From contig DASXAM010000132.1 in NCBI GenBank assembly GCA_036404275.1, positions 3,175-67,174 of the forward strand: a stretch of DNA of 64,000 nt. Reading direction: 5' to 3'. The translations under genes were made by a program, and so were the position numbers. How positions within the stretch are numbered: position 1 is the stretch's first letter; each line of letters opens with the position of its first letter. Below the pieces are notes generated by a model. It did no database searches and was not told the origin of the DNA. It saw nothing but the letters and a program-made list of their open reading frames with translations. Below are positions 1 through 9,271 of this stretch, piece after piece. This stretch comes from Stellaceae bacterium (GTDB lineage Bacteria > Pseudomonadota > Alphaproteobacteria > ATCC43930 > CGMCC-115725).

Positions 1-1
1 A

Positions 2-1558
2 TTGTCGCCGGCGCTGGCGGGCGAGGAGGAGGCGCCGAAATATGGCGGCACCTTGACCTATGTGATCCCGGCCGATGCGCCGCCCTCCTTCGACGCGCAT
101 CGCGAGACGACCTATGCGACGATCCATACGGCAGCACCGTTTTACAGCGTCTTGATCCGGGTCAATCCAAACGACCCGTCTTCCTCGACCGACCTCGTCT
201 GCGATTTGTGTACGGTGATGCCGACGCCGACCGACGGCGGCAAGACCTACACGTTCAAGATCCGCGAGGGGGTCAAGTTTCACGATGGCTCGCCGCTGAC
301 CGCCTCCGACATTGCCGCGAGCTGGAACCACATCGTCTTTCCGCCGAAGGATGTGCTGAGCCCGCGGCAAAGCCATTACATGATGGTGGACCGAGTCGAG
401 GCAACCGATCCGGCGACCGTCGTCTTTCACCTGAAATTTCCGACAAACGCGTTTCTGCCGGCGCTCGCCGACCCCTATTCCTGGATCTACGAAAAGAGCA
501 AGCTCGACCAGAACCCGCGCTGGTACGAAAAGAACATCATGGGCTCCGGCCCGTTCAAATTTGTCAGCTATCAGGTGGGGCAGGCGATCAAGGGTGTTAG
601 GAACCCTGACTACTATCACAAGGGGCTGCCTTATCTCGATGGTTTTATCGGCATCTATGCGCCAAAGCAGGCGGTGCAGCTCGACGCGATTCGCGCCGAC
701 CGGGCGGCGATCGAGTTTCGCGGCTATCCGCCCTCGGCGGTCGACCAGCTGAAGCAGGCGCTCGACGGCAAGGTCAAGGTGCAGTCGAGCGATTGGAACT
801 GCGGCACGTTTGTTGAAGTCAACCACCAGAAAAAGCCGTTTGACGATGTCCGCGTGCGGCGTGCCTTGACGCTCGCCATCGACCGCTGGCATACGGCACC
901 CGAGCTGGCCAAGATCGCGATCGTCCACACCGTCGGCGGTATCGTCTTTCCCGGCTCGCCGCTGGCCGCGACCAAGTCCGAGCTGGAGCAGATCCCCGGC
1001 TGGTGGCCCGATATCGAAAAGTCTCGGGCCGAGGCGCGGCGCCTGTTAAAGGAGGCCGGCGCCGAAGGGCTCAGCTTCGAATTGCTCAACCGCAATGTCG
1101 ACCAGCCCTACAAATACAACGCCACCTGGGTCATCGACGATTGGAGCAAGATCGGGCTCCATGTGACCCAGCGCGTTGTGCCGACCGGTCCGTGGTTTCA
1201 GGCGTTCCGCGAGGGCAATTACCAGGTCGGAGTCGTCGGCAACTGCCAGAGCATCGTCAACCCGCTGCTCGACGTGCAGCGCTACTTGCCGCCCAACGTC
1301 TATGCCGGCAACTACAGCCGGTCCGAGGACCGGCAGTCGATCGGCATCTACGACAAGATGCTGCGTGAGACCGACGCGACAAAGCAGCGCCAGCTGATGC
1401 GCGCCTTCGAAAAGCACGCGATCGGCGACGAGGTGCACGAGCTGTTCTTGCTATGGTGGTACCGGACTGTGCCGTACCGATCTTATGTGATGGGCTGGAA
1501 GATCGGCCCAAGCCATTACCTCAACCAGGATCTGGCGACGATCTGGCTAAACAAGTAA
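2..1558 (+). CDS. ABC transporter substrate-binding protein, family 5 (peptide/nickel/opine type), 5' partial
   Basis: The frame is open to the window edge. The mature N-terminus EEEAPKYGGTLTYVIP and overall length fit family-5 SBPs. It is a close paralogue of the next gene. Confidence 0.85.
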   Translation: MSPALAGEEEAPKYGGTLTYVIPADAPPSFDAHRETTYATIHTAAPFYSVLIRVNPNDPSSSTDLVCDLCTVMPTPTDGGKTYTFKIREGVKFHDGSPLTASDIAASWNHIVFPPKDVLSPRQSHYMMVDRVEATDPATVVFHLKFPTNAFLPALADPYSWIYEKSKLDQNPRWYEKNIMGSGPFKFVSYQVGQAIKGVRNPDYYHKGLPYLDGFIGIYAPKQAVQLDAIRADRAAIEFRGYPPSAVDQLKQALDGKVKVQSSDWNCGTFVEVNHQKKPFDDVRVRRALTLAIDRWHTAPELAKIAIVHTVGGIVFPGSPLAATKSELEQIPGWWPDIEKSRAEARRLLKEAGAEGLSFELLNRNVDQPYKYNATWVIDDWSKIGLHVTQRVVPTGPWFQAFREGNYQVGVVGNCQSIVNPLLDVQRYLPPNVYAGNYSRSEDRQSIGIYDKMLRETDATKQRQLMRAFEKHAIGDEVHELFLLWWYRTVPYRSYVMGWKIGPSHYLNQDLATIWLNK

Positions 1559-1587
1559 GTTGGCCCAAGGGCAGCGGAGAGGAGAAG

Positions 1588-3210
1588 ATGGTGGAGCTTA
1601 GGGCAGGCGTGTTGGCAGCGGGTTTGGGTACCTTGATGGCACTCGCGGCCGTGCCGGCGGCGGCGGCGCAATCCGAGGAGGAGGCGCCGAAACGCGGCGG
1701 CACCTTGACTTATATGATCCCGGCCGACGCGCCGCCGTCGCTCGACGGGCATCGCGAAACGACCTATGCGACCGTTCATTCGGGCGCCCCCTTTTACAGC
1801 GTGCTGATCCGGATCAACCCGCAAAACCCGGCCTCGACGACCGACTTCGTCTGCGATTTGTGCACGGCGATGCCGGAGCCGACCGACGGCGGTAAAACCT
1901 ATACGTTCAAAATTCGCGATGGGGTCAAATTTGCCGACGGGTCGCCGCTGACCGCCGCCGACGTCGCCGCGAGCTGGAACGAGATCATCTTTCCGCCGAA
2001 GGGGGTGCTGAGCCCGCGCTCGAGCAATTTCATCATGGTCGACAAGGTCACCGCCCCGGACCCGACGACCGTTGTCTTCAACCTCAAATTCGCGACGACG
2101 GCGTTTCTGCCGGCGCTCGCCGACCCGTTCGCCTGGATCTACGAAAAGAAGATCCTCGACAAGGATCCCCACTGGTACGAAAAAAATGTCATGGGCTCGG
2201 GCCCGTTCAAGTTTGTCGAATACCAGACCGGGCAATCGATCAAGGGGGTTCGCAACCCCGATTACTACCACAAAGGGCTGCCCTACCTCGACGGGTTCAC
2301 GGGGATTTACTCGCCAAAGCAGGCGGTGCGGGTCGAGGCGATCCGCGCCGACCGCGCAGCGATCGAGTTTCGCGGCTTTCCGCCGGCGGCGCGCGATGAG
2401 TTGGTCAAGGCTCTCGACGGCAAGATCACGGTGCAGGAAAGCGACTGGAACTGCGGCAGCTTGTTCACCCCCAACAATAAGAAAAAGCCGTTTGACGACG
2501 TCCGCGTGCGCCGCGCGCTGACCTTAGCGATCGATCGCTGGCACGGCGCGCCCGAGCTCGCCAAGATCGCCGATGTGCACACGGTCGGCAGCATCGTCTT
2601 TCCGGGTTCGCCGCTGGCGCCGACCAAGCCCGAGCTCGAAAAGATCGCCGGATTCTGGCCCGACATCGACAAGTCGCGGGCCGAAGCCAGGAAATTGCTG
2701 AAGGAGGCGGGGGCCGAGGGTCTCTCGTTTGAGCTGCTGAACCGCAATGTCGACCAGCCCTACAAATATGTCGCCACCTGGCTGATCGACGAATGGAGCA
2801 AGGTCGGGCTGCACGCGACCCAGCGCGTGGTCCCGACCGGCCCCTGGTTCGAGGCGATGCGCAGCGGCAAGTTCGACACCGTCCTCGAAGCCAATTGCCA
2901 CAGCGTCGTCAACCCGGCGATGGACGTGCAAAAGATGCTGCCGGCCTCGGTCGACAGCGAGAACTACGGCGGCTACGAAGACCCCAAGGAGGTCAAGCTT
3001 TATGACGCGATGCTGCGCGAGACCGACCCGGCAAAGCAGCACGCGCTGATGTACGATTTCGCCAAATATGTGATGGACGACCAGGCGCACGAGATCTGGG
3101 TGTTGTGGTGGTACCGGATCGTGCCCTACCGATCCTATGTGAAGGGCTGGAAGATCAGCCCGAGCCACTATATCAACCAGGATTTGGCGACGATCTGGCT
3201 CGACAAGTGA
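1588..3210 (+). CDS. ABC transporter substrate-binding protein, family 5 (tandem paralogue)
   Basis: ATG 1588 is preceded by GGAGAGGAGAAG. Signal peptide MVELRAGVLAAGLGTLMALAAVPAAAAQ. It is highly similar to the ORF at 2..1558 along its whole length. Confidence 0.85.
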   Translation: MVELRAGVLAAGLGTLMALAAVPAAAAQSEEEAPKRGGTLTYMIPADAPPSLDGHRETTYATVHSGAPFYSVLIRINPQNPASTTDFVCDLCTAMPEPTDGGKTYTFKIRDGVKFADGSPLTAADVAASWNEIIFPPKGVLSPRSSNFIMVDKVTAPDPTTVVFNLKFATTAFLPALADPFAWIYEKKILDKDPHWYEKNVMGSGPFKFVEYQTGQSIKGVRNPDYYHKGLPYLDGFTGIYSPKQAVRVEAIRADRAAIEFRGFPPAARDELVKALDGKITVQESDWNCGSLFTPNNKKKPFDDVRVRRALTLAIDRWHGAPELAKIADVHTVGSIVFPGSPLAPTKPELEKIAGFWPDIDKSRAEARKLLKEAGAEGLSFELLNRNVDQPYKYVATWLIDEWSKVGLHATQRVVPTGPWFEAMRSGKFDTVLEANCHSVVNPAMDVQKMLPASVDSENYGGYEDPKEVKLYDAMLRETDPAKQHALMYDFAKYVMDDQAHEIWVLWWYRIVPYRSYVKGWKISPSHYINQDLATIWLDK

Positions 3211-3355
3211 TGTCGGATCGAACGCGCACCGCGCCGCCGTTCCCGCGAATGCGGGAACACAAGGGCCAAACGCCGCTTCGCCGGCTCCGGGCGCCCGCCT
3301 TCGCGAGGACGGGACGGGGTCGGCGATCGCGGCCTGCAAAGCGGGCTTAATCCCG

Positions 3356-4327
3356 ATGTATCGCTATATCGTCAGCCGCTTCCTCCTCGTCTTCCCGACC
3401 CTGTTCGGGGCGGCGGTGCTGGTGTTTGGCTTGATGCGGCTCATTCCGGGCGACATCTGCGTCGTCCGCCTCGGCGCCGGCGGCGGCACCTTCGACGAAT
3501 CGGCGGTGCGCGCCTGCCATGCCGAAATCGGCCTCGACCAGCCGATCTGGAAGCAGTTCTTCGACTTCGTCTGGGGCTTTCTGCACCTCGATTTCGGCAC
3601 CTCGATGTGGTCGGGCAAGCCGGTCGCCTTCGAGATCGCGACCCGGCTGCCGATCTCGCTCGAGATCGCGCTGCTGGCGACGGTCGTGGCGCTCCTGCTG
3701 GCGATCCCGCTCGGAACGCTCTCGGCATTGAAGCAGAACAGCTGGATCGACCTCGTCGCGCGCACCTTCGCCATTGCCGGGATCGCCACCCCGTCCTTCT
3801 GGATCGGCATCCTGTCGATCCTGGCGGTGTTGACGATCTCGCAGGCGGTGTTCGGCTCGCCCTGGATGCCGCCGATCGATTACGTGCCGATATGGCAGGA
3901 CCCGGTGCGCAACCTGTCGCTGGCGATGTTGCCGGCGATCACGGTCGGCTACCGCTATTCGGCGGTGACGATGCGCATGACCCGCTCGGCGATGCTCGAA
4001 GTCCTGCGCGAGGACTATATCCGTACCGCCCGGGCCAAGGGGCTGATCGACCGCATCATCATCAATCGCCATGCGCTGAAAAACGCCCTGCTGCCGGTCG
4101 TGACTCTGGTCGGAATCGAGTTCGCGTTTCTGATCGGCGGTTTGGTCGTGACCGAGCAGGTGTTCAATCTGAACGGCATCGGTCGCCTTTTTGTGCTGTC
4201 GGTCTCGAACCAGGATTACACCTTGACCCAGGCGCTGGTCATGTTGACCGTTGTCGTGTTCGTGCTGACCAACCTCGTCGTCGATCTTCTTTACGCGTGG
4301 CTCGATCCGCGCATCCGCTTTGGCTGA
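3356..4327 (+). CDS. ABC transporter permease (DppB/OppB type)
   Basis: 323 aa with multiple TM segments and the conserved EDYIRTARAKGL permease loop. Confidence 0.9.
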   Translation: MYRYIVSRFLLVFPTLFGAAVLVFGLMRLIPGDICVVRLGAGGGTFDESAVRACHAEIGLDQPIWKQFFDFVWGFLHLDFGTSMWSGKPVAFEIATRLPISLEIALLATVVALLLAIPLGTLSALKQNSWIDLVARTFAIAGIATPSFWIGILSILAVLTISQAVFGSPWMPPIDYVPIWQDPVRNLSLAMLPAITVGYRYSAVTMRMTRSAMLEVLREDYIRTARAKGLIDRIIINRHALKNALLPVVTLVGIEFAFLIGGLVVTEQVFNLNGIGRLFVLSVSNQDYTLTQALVMLTVVVFVLTNLVVDLLYAWLDPRIRFG

Positions 4328-4338
4328 GGAGCTTTCCG

Positions 4339-5244
4339 ATGGCCACCACCGACACCGTCCTTGCCCCCTCCGCCGCCGACGAGCTCTTCGAGCTGCGCCG
4401 CTCGCTATGGCAGAAAACAGCGAAATTTTGCCGGCGCCAGCCATTGGGCGCGATCGGTATGGCGATCGTCTTCATCATGTTCATCGCCGGTCTCGGCGCC
4501 GACTGGATCGCGCCTTACAACCCGACCGCCAATGATTTTGCCGCGATGACCCAACCGCCGAGCTGGGCGCACTGGCTTGGCACCGATCAGTTCGGCCGCG
4601 ACCAGCTTTCGCGCATCATCTACGGTGCCCGCACCGCAATGGTCGTCGGGTTTTCGTCGGCCGTTGTCGGCGGCTTCGCCGGCCTCGTGCTCGGCGTCGG
4701 CAGCGCCTATTTCTCGGGCCGCATCGACCTCTTCGTGCAGCGTGTGCTCGATATCCTGATGGCGTTTCCGCTGATCATCATGGCGCTCGCCATGGTCGCG
4801 ATTTTTGGCACCGGCGTGCACAACGTCATCATCGCGATCACGATCCCGCTAATCCCGCGCTGCGCGCGCGTTGTGCGCTCGAGCGCCTTGGCGATCCGCG
4901 AGGTGCCCTACGTCGATGCGGCACGCGCCTGCGGCTTTAGCCATGCGCGGATCATTCTGCGCCATATGGTGCCGAATGTGATGGCGCCGTTTCTGATCCT
5001 GCTGACCGCCTTTGTCGGCCAGGCGATCCTCGCCGAAGCCTCGCTCTCCTATCTCGGTCTTGGCGTGCAGGAGCCGGTGCCGGCCTGGGGCCTGATGCTG
5101 CAAGGCGGCGCCGAGGAATATGCCGCAACCGCTCCGTGGATCGCAGTTTTCCCGGGGCTTGCGATCACCTTGACCGTGTTCGGCTTCAGCCTGTTCGGCG
5201 ACGCGCTGCGCGACGTCCTCGACCCCAAGCTGCGCGACCGCTGA
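4339..5244 (+). CDS. ABC transporter permease (DppC/OppC type)
   Basis: ATG 4339 lies 11 nt after the upstream stop, in frame within track ORF 3607..5244. N-terminal OppC-like segment (PLGAIGMAIVFIMFIAGLGADWIAPYNP) and multiple TM segments. Confidence 0.9.
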   Translation: MATTDTVLAPSAADELFELRRSLWQKTAKFCRRQPLGAIGMAIVFIMFIAGLGADWIAPYNPTANDFAAMTQPPSWAHWLGTDQFGRDQLSRIIYGARTAMVVGFSSAVVGGFAGLVLGVGSAYFSGRIDLFVQRVLDILMAFPLIIMALAMVAIFGTGVHNVIIAITIPLIPRCARVVRSSALAIREVPYVDAARACGFSHARIILRHMVPNVMAPFLILLTAFVGQAILAEASLSYLGLGVQEPVPAWGLMLQGGAEEYAATAPWIAVFPGLAITLTVFGFSLFGDALRDVLDPKLRDR

Positions 5245-5539
5245 TTTTGCCTCGCGGCACAAGCCCCGCTCGCCGGTAATCCTCTATCGAGGTGAGGGCG
5301 GGGTGGCCCGGCTCGGTCACTCTGTCGCCCCGATGTGAACCGCAGGTGGTGGAGAACGCGCTTTTTCGTGCGGTTGCCGATATGGCTGTCCCGCCACTCG
5401 CCGTGACGTGTCGAATGACCGGGATGGCGACTAAATCGCCTTACATGGCCGAGCGGTTTTTCGCGGTTTGCAAATTTCATCCGATCGGTGCAAACGATTG
5501 CCCAGTGAGAGCCTGCTTCCAAACGCTCGAAGGCGCCCA

Positions 5540-6205
5540 GTGCCCGAGCTCGTGATTTTCGATTGCGACGGGGTGCTCGTCGATAGCGAGGTGATTTTTG
5601 CCCGCGTGCTCGCCGAGTGCCTGACCGAGGCGGCCTGCCCGGCGAGTGCGGAAGAGGCGCTGTTCCTCGGCTTTGGGCGAAACCGGACCACCTTGACCGA
5701 AGCGGTCGAGGCGCGGTTCGGCCGCCGCTTGCCGGCAGGCTTTTTCGAGGCGATGCGGGCGCGCACCGCTGTGCTGCTCGAGCAGGAGCTCGCAGCGATG
5801 CCGGGGGTGGCGGAATTGCTCGGCGCGTTGCCGCTGCCGCGCTGCGTCGCGTCGAACGGCCATCTCGACCGCGTGCGCGAACGGCTCGCCCTGACCGGGC
5901 TTCTGCCCTATTTCGACCCGCATGTGTTCAGCGCGATCCAGGTCGCCGCCGGCAAGCCCGCGCCCGACCTTTTTCTTTTTGCCGCCCGGCGCCTCGGCGC
6001 CGCCGCCGAAGGCTGCCTGGTGGTCGAAGACAGCCTCGCCGGGGTCGAGGCGGCACGCGCCGCTGGGATGGCGGTCGTCGGCTTTTGCGGCGGGAGCCAC
6101 TGCCCGAACGACCATGCGCAGGCGCTGGCCGCTGCCGGCTGCTCGCAGGTGTTCGGGCGGATGGCCGATCTCGCCCGGTTTTTGAGCGGGGCACGATGCG
6201 CATAA
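5540..6205 (+). CDS. HAD-superfamily hydrolase (phosphatase / beta-phosphoglucomutase-like)
   Basis: [11 protein letters not shown] motif I near the N-terminus and a VVEDS..G..AA.AAGM C-terminal motif. The start is uncertain: GTG 5540 or TTG 5468. Confidence 0.75.
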   Translation: MPELVIFDCDGVLVDSEVIFARVLAECLTEAACPASAEEALFLGFGRNRTTLTEAVEARFGRRLPAGFFEAMRARTAVLLEQELAAMPGVAELLGALPLPRCVASNGHLDRVRERLALTGLLPYFDPHVFSAIQVAAGKPAPDLFLFAARRLGAAAEGCLVVEDSLAGVEAARAAGMAVVGFCGGSHCPNDHAQALAAAGCSQVFGRMADLARFLSGARCA

Positions 6206-7026
6206 TCCAGATCACCGACACCCATTTGAGCGCGAATAAAGCGCATTTCGCCGGCAACTGGCCGCCGCTTGCGCGCTGGATCGAGAGCGAGCAGCCCGAT
6301 CTGGTGATCCACAGCGGCGATGTGACGGTCGACGGCGCCGGCCTCGACGACGATATGGCGCACGCGGCCCGCCTGCTGGGCGATTTGCCGGTCCCGGTGC
6401 GCGCGATCCCCGGCAACCACGATGTCGGGGACGCGCTGCACCACCGCCAGCCGATCGACAAGGCGCGGCTGGCGCGTTGGCGTGCCCATTTCGGTCCCGA
6501 CCGGTGGATCGAGGACATTGCCGGCTGGCGGCTGATCGGCTTTAACGCGCTGCTTTTCGGCAGCGGTCTTGCCGAGGAGGCGGCGCAGGCGGACTGGATC
6601 GAGGCGGTCACCACCGGTGCGGCCGGACGCCGGGTCGCGTGGTTTCTGCACAAGCCGCTGTTTCTCGACAGCCCGGAGGAAGGCGACAGCGGATATTGGT
6701 CGGTCAAGCCCGAGCCGCGCGCGCGGCTGATGGCGCTGCTGCGTCGGCACCGGGTCGCGCTCGTCGCCAGTGGCCATTTGCACAAGGCGCGCGACCTCGA
6801 CCGAGACGGCACGCGTTATCTTTGGGCGCCGGCATCGAGCTTTCTGGTCGGCGAGATGCAGCCGGCAATGCCCGGCGAAAAGCGGCTCGGCGGCGTCCGC
6901 TATGAGCTCGATGCGGACGGACTCGCAGCCGAAATCGTCGCGGTGCCGGGGCTCGTCGAGCATTGGCTCGACCCGGTGATCCAGGAGGTCTACCCGCGTC
7001 GGCCCGAGCCCGCCGCCGGGAGCTGA
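6196..7026 (+). CDS. Metallophosphoesterase (calcineurin-like)
   Basis: [20 protein letters not shown] and PGNHD motifs. ATG 6196 overlaps the HAD stop by 10 nt. Confidence 0.8.
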   Translation: MRIIQITDTHLSANKAHFAGNWPPLARWIESEQPDLVIHSGDVTVDGAGLDDDMAHAARLLGDLPVPVRAIPGNHDVGDALHHRQPIDKARLARWRAHFGPDRWIEDIAGWRLIGFNALLFGSGLAEEAAQADWIEAVTTGAAGRRVAWFLHKPLFLDSPEEGDSGYWSVKPEPRARLMALLRRHRVALVASGHLHKARDLDRDGTRYLWAPASSFLVGEMQPAMPGEKRLGGVRYELDADGLAAEIVAVPGLVEHWLDPVIQEVYPRRPEPAAGS

Positions 7027-7150
7027 TCGCGGCCATTGGCGCCGTAAAATTGCCCAGACTGCTCAGGAATTAGCCAATCCCGTCCGGCGAGCGCCGCGGC
7101 AAAAGCTCGGCTTGCCCGGCTTGGCCTTGCGATCGCGCTGACGCACCCGA

Positions 7151-7165
7151 TGGCACGGGATTTGC
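7151..7165 (+). promoter_or_regulatory. Sigma-54 type -24/-12 promoter (TGGCACGGGATTTGC) upstream of the porin gene
   Basis: Exact TGGCAC-N5-TTGC with GG-N10-GC spacing, about 40 nt upstream of ATG 7206. It is embedded in the palindrome CGATGGCA-N7-TGCCATCG. Confidence 0.5.
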
Positions 7166-7205
7166 CATCGGTTCTTGTCATGCCGAACCTCGAGGCTTGC
7201 CCGCA

Positions 7206-8450
7206 ATGAACGTCAACAAAAGCCGGATTATCGGCGCCGCGGCGCTGGGTTGCGTCGCCCTTTCGGCACGCCCGAGCGGGGCCCAGCAGGCGATCTCGCC
7301 GGCGCCGGCCGCAGCCCCGCCGCCCGCCGCCGCACCGGCATCTCCGGCGCCGGCGGCGCCGACCTCGCCGCTGATCGCGCCGACGATCACCGGCCCGCTG
7401 GCGATCCAATTGCCACCGACCAAATACACGCTGGGCGCGCTCGGCGACGTCTATCTCGATGGTGTGGCGAGCGGGCTCGGGCAATGGCAGAACAATCCCT
7501 TCCCGGGCAACCGCGCCTGGCAGCCCGATCTCACCAATGGCCAGTTTTTTGTCCAAAAGACCGATGGCCTCGTGCAGTTTTACGCCCAGGCCGGCGCCTA
7601 TTCGATCACCTCGCTGGGGGCGCCCTATCTGTCCGCGGCGCAGGCCACCTTTGGCCAGAATTCGCCGGCCGGCAATCTGTTCGGCTGGTTCCCGCAGGGC
7701 TTTGTCAAGCTCGCGCCGACCGATTCGTTCTCGATCGAGGGCGGCAAATTGCCGACCCTGATCGGCGCCGAATACACATTTTCGTTCGAAAACATCAATA
7801 TCGAGCGCGGCCTCTTATGGAACCAGGAGAACGCGGTCAACAAAGGCGTCCAGGGCAACTATACGATCGGGCCGGCCGCCTTGTCACTGTCGTGGAACGA
7901 CGGCTTTGATTCGGGCGTGTTCAACTGGCTCACCGGGTCCGTTACCTACACCTTGAACCCGTCCAATATCTTCTCGTTCGCCGCCGGCGGCAATCTCGGC
8001 AGCACCAATATCGCGACCCTGCGCACCCCGCTGCTGCTCGCCAATTCGCAAATCTACAACCTGATCTACACCTATAATTCCGACCCGTGGATCATTCAGC
8101 CCTATTTCCAGGCGACCCATGTGCCGACCAAGCACAAGATCGGCATCGACACCAGCGCCTCGACCTTTGGCGGCGCACTCTTGGTCAACTACAATCTCGG
8201 CGGGGGCTTTAACCTCGGCGGCCGCATCGAATATATCGGCACGACCGGCGACAACAACCTACTCTATGGGCCGGGCAGCGGCGCATTCTCGTTCACCTTG
8301 ACCCCAACCTACCAATACAAATACTTCTTCGCCCGCGCCGAATTCTCTTGGGTCAAGGCCAATGGCGTAGTCGCAGGCTCCGGCCTCGGCCCCAACCTCG
8401 ACGGCAATTCGCAGACCCGGATCATGGTTGAAACCGGCATTTTATTCTGA
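7206..8450 (+). CDS. Outer-membrane beta-barrel porin-like protein
   Basis: Signal peptide, a Pro/Ala-rich linker, then alternating G/Y/N/T-rich strands. The C-terminus ...MVETGILF ends in Phe, as in OM beta-barrels. Confidence 0.65.
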   Translation: MNVNKSRIIGAAALGCVALSARPSGAQQAISPAPAAAPPPAAAPASPAPAAPTSPLIAPTITGPLAIQLPPTKYTLGALGDVYLDGVASGLGQWQNNPFPGNRAWQPDLTNGQFFVQKTDGLVQFYAQAGAYSITSLGAPYLSAAQATFGQNSPAGNLFGWFPQGFVKLAPTDSFSIEGGKLPTLIGAEYTFSFENINIERGLLWNQENAVNKGVQGNYTIGPAALSLSWNDGFDSGVFNWLTGSVTYTLNPSNIFSFAAGGNLGSTNIATLRTPLLLANSQIYNLIYTYNSDPWIIQPYFQATHVPTKHKIGIDTSASTFGGALLVNYNLGGGFNLGGRIEYIGTTGDNNLLYGPGSGAFSFTLTPTYQYKYFFARAEFSWVKANGVVAGSGLGPNLDGNSQTRIMVETGILF

Positions 8451-8754
8451 AGGTACCGCGTCCGCGCCGAGATGCCGCGCGCGCGATGACATCTCGGCTC
8501 CAATGTGGGGCGTCGACCATCGCAAGAAACGCCACGGTAACCGCGCCGGCTACCATGGACGTCACGCGGGTGCCCGTGCCGCCGGTCCCCGATGATGGCT
8601 GCGCTGTCGTTTCTGGCGCTTGCGGCCGGGGCCGCGATCGGCCTGCGGTTGTCGCAATAGGGCCGGATTTCGGCTTATTGCGGGACCGACCCGCACATCC
8701 AGTGCCGGGCTGCGGCTTGAGCGCGGCGACGTATCGGACCGGCTGCCGAGAAAA

Positions 8755-8829
8755 TGGTGGGCGCGACTGGGATTGAACCAGTGACCCCTACGATGTCAAC
8801 GTAGTGCTCTCCCGCTGAGCTACGCGCCC
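8755..8829 (-). tRNA. tRNA-Val: tRNA-Val (anticodon GAC)
   Basis: The reverse complement reads GGGCGCGTAGCTCAGCGGGAGAGCACTACGTTGACATCGTAGGGGTCACTGGTTCAATCCCAGTCGCGCCCACCA. It forms a full cloverleaf with anticodon loop TTGACAT, T-loop TTCAATC and an encoded CCA. Confidence 0.92.
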
Positions 8830-8907
8830 GAATTGCTCCAAATGGAGCGCGTTGATAGCGGATCGGCGCCGCTCGGGCAAGCGGCGGGCGCGCTACCCAC
8901 GCCGCCC

Positions 8908-9096
8908 TCACCACCGCAACGGCTTGCGACAGACCGAATACCACAGGCCCAGATTTTCATCACGCCAATGCGGGTCGGCGCAATTTTTGGCGACCATCGC
9001 GGCCGATTCGGTGGCGCTCGCCGGAGCAACCGGCGTCGTCGAATCGCTGCATGCCGCCAAAAAGACGGCGGCGAGAAGCGCCAATGTCAATCGCAA
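8908..9096 (-). CDS. Small putative lipoprotein (62 aa)
   Basis: TTG 9096 lies 5 nt after GGAGG. The sequence RLTLALLAAVFLAAC gives a signal peptide plus lipobox (LAAC), with two further Cys. It is divergent from metC. Confidence 0.4.
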   Translation of the reverse strand: MRLTLALLAAVFLAACSDSTTPVAPASATESAAMVAKNCADPHWRDENLGLWYSVCRKPLRW

Positions 9097-9271
9097 GGAC
9101 ACCTCCGCTCGCTTTGCAAGGAAACGACGGGGATTCTCGGCCGCGGCTGCGGCGATTTCAAGGGGAGGGTGGACCGGGGCCTGGCTGGCGGCGTCCGCGG
9201 GGAGCAGGCTTTTGCGACGTCGCCGGCGCGGGGTAGAGTGCTCGCCGGCGCCGATGGGCGGAGCAAGGCTG

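Noticed and set aside
5245-5539. Gap of about 300 bp after the ABC operon, checked for an sRNA, riboswitch or tRNA
   Set aside because: I found no cloverleaf, no conserved riboswitch core and no clear terminator hairpin. I cannot support any RNA call by eye.
7290-7385. Pro/Ala-rich low-complexity tract that looks like a DNA repeat
   Set aside because: It is in frame within the porin-like gene directly after the signal peptide. It is a flexible linker, not an independent repeat element.
8592-8660. 22-codon hydrophobic micro-ORF (MMAALSFLALAAGAAIGLRLSQ) between the porin gene and tRNA-Val
   Set aside because: There is no convincing RBS, and the ORF is too short to distinguish from chance in GC-rich DNA.
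8852-9271. Upstream 140 codons of the metC track ORF
   Set aside because: This part is Arg-rich and non-homologous. MetC similarity begins at MKSDD (ATG 9272), and the region is better explained by a divergent small lipoprotein gene and the promoter.
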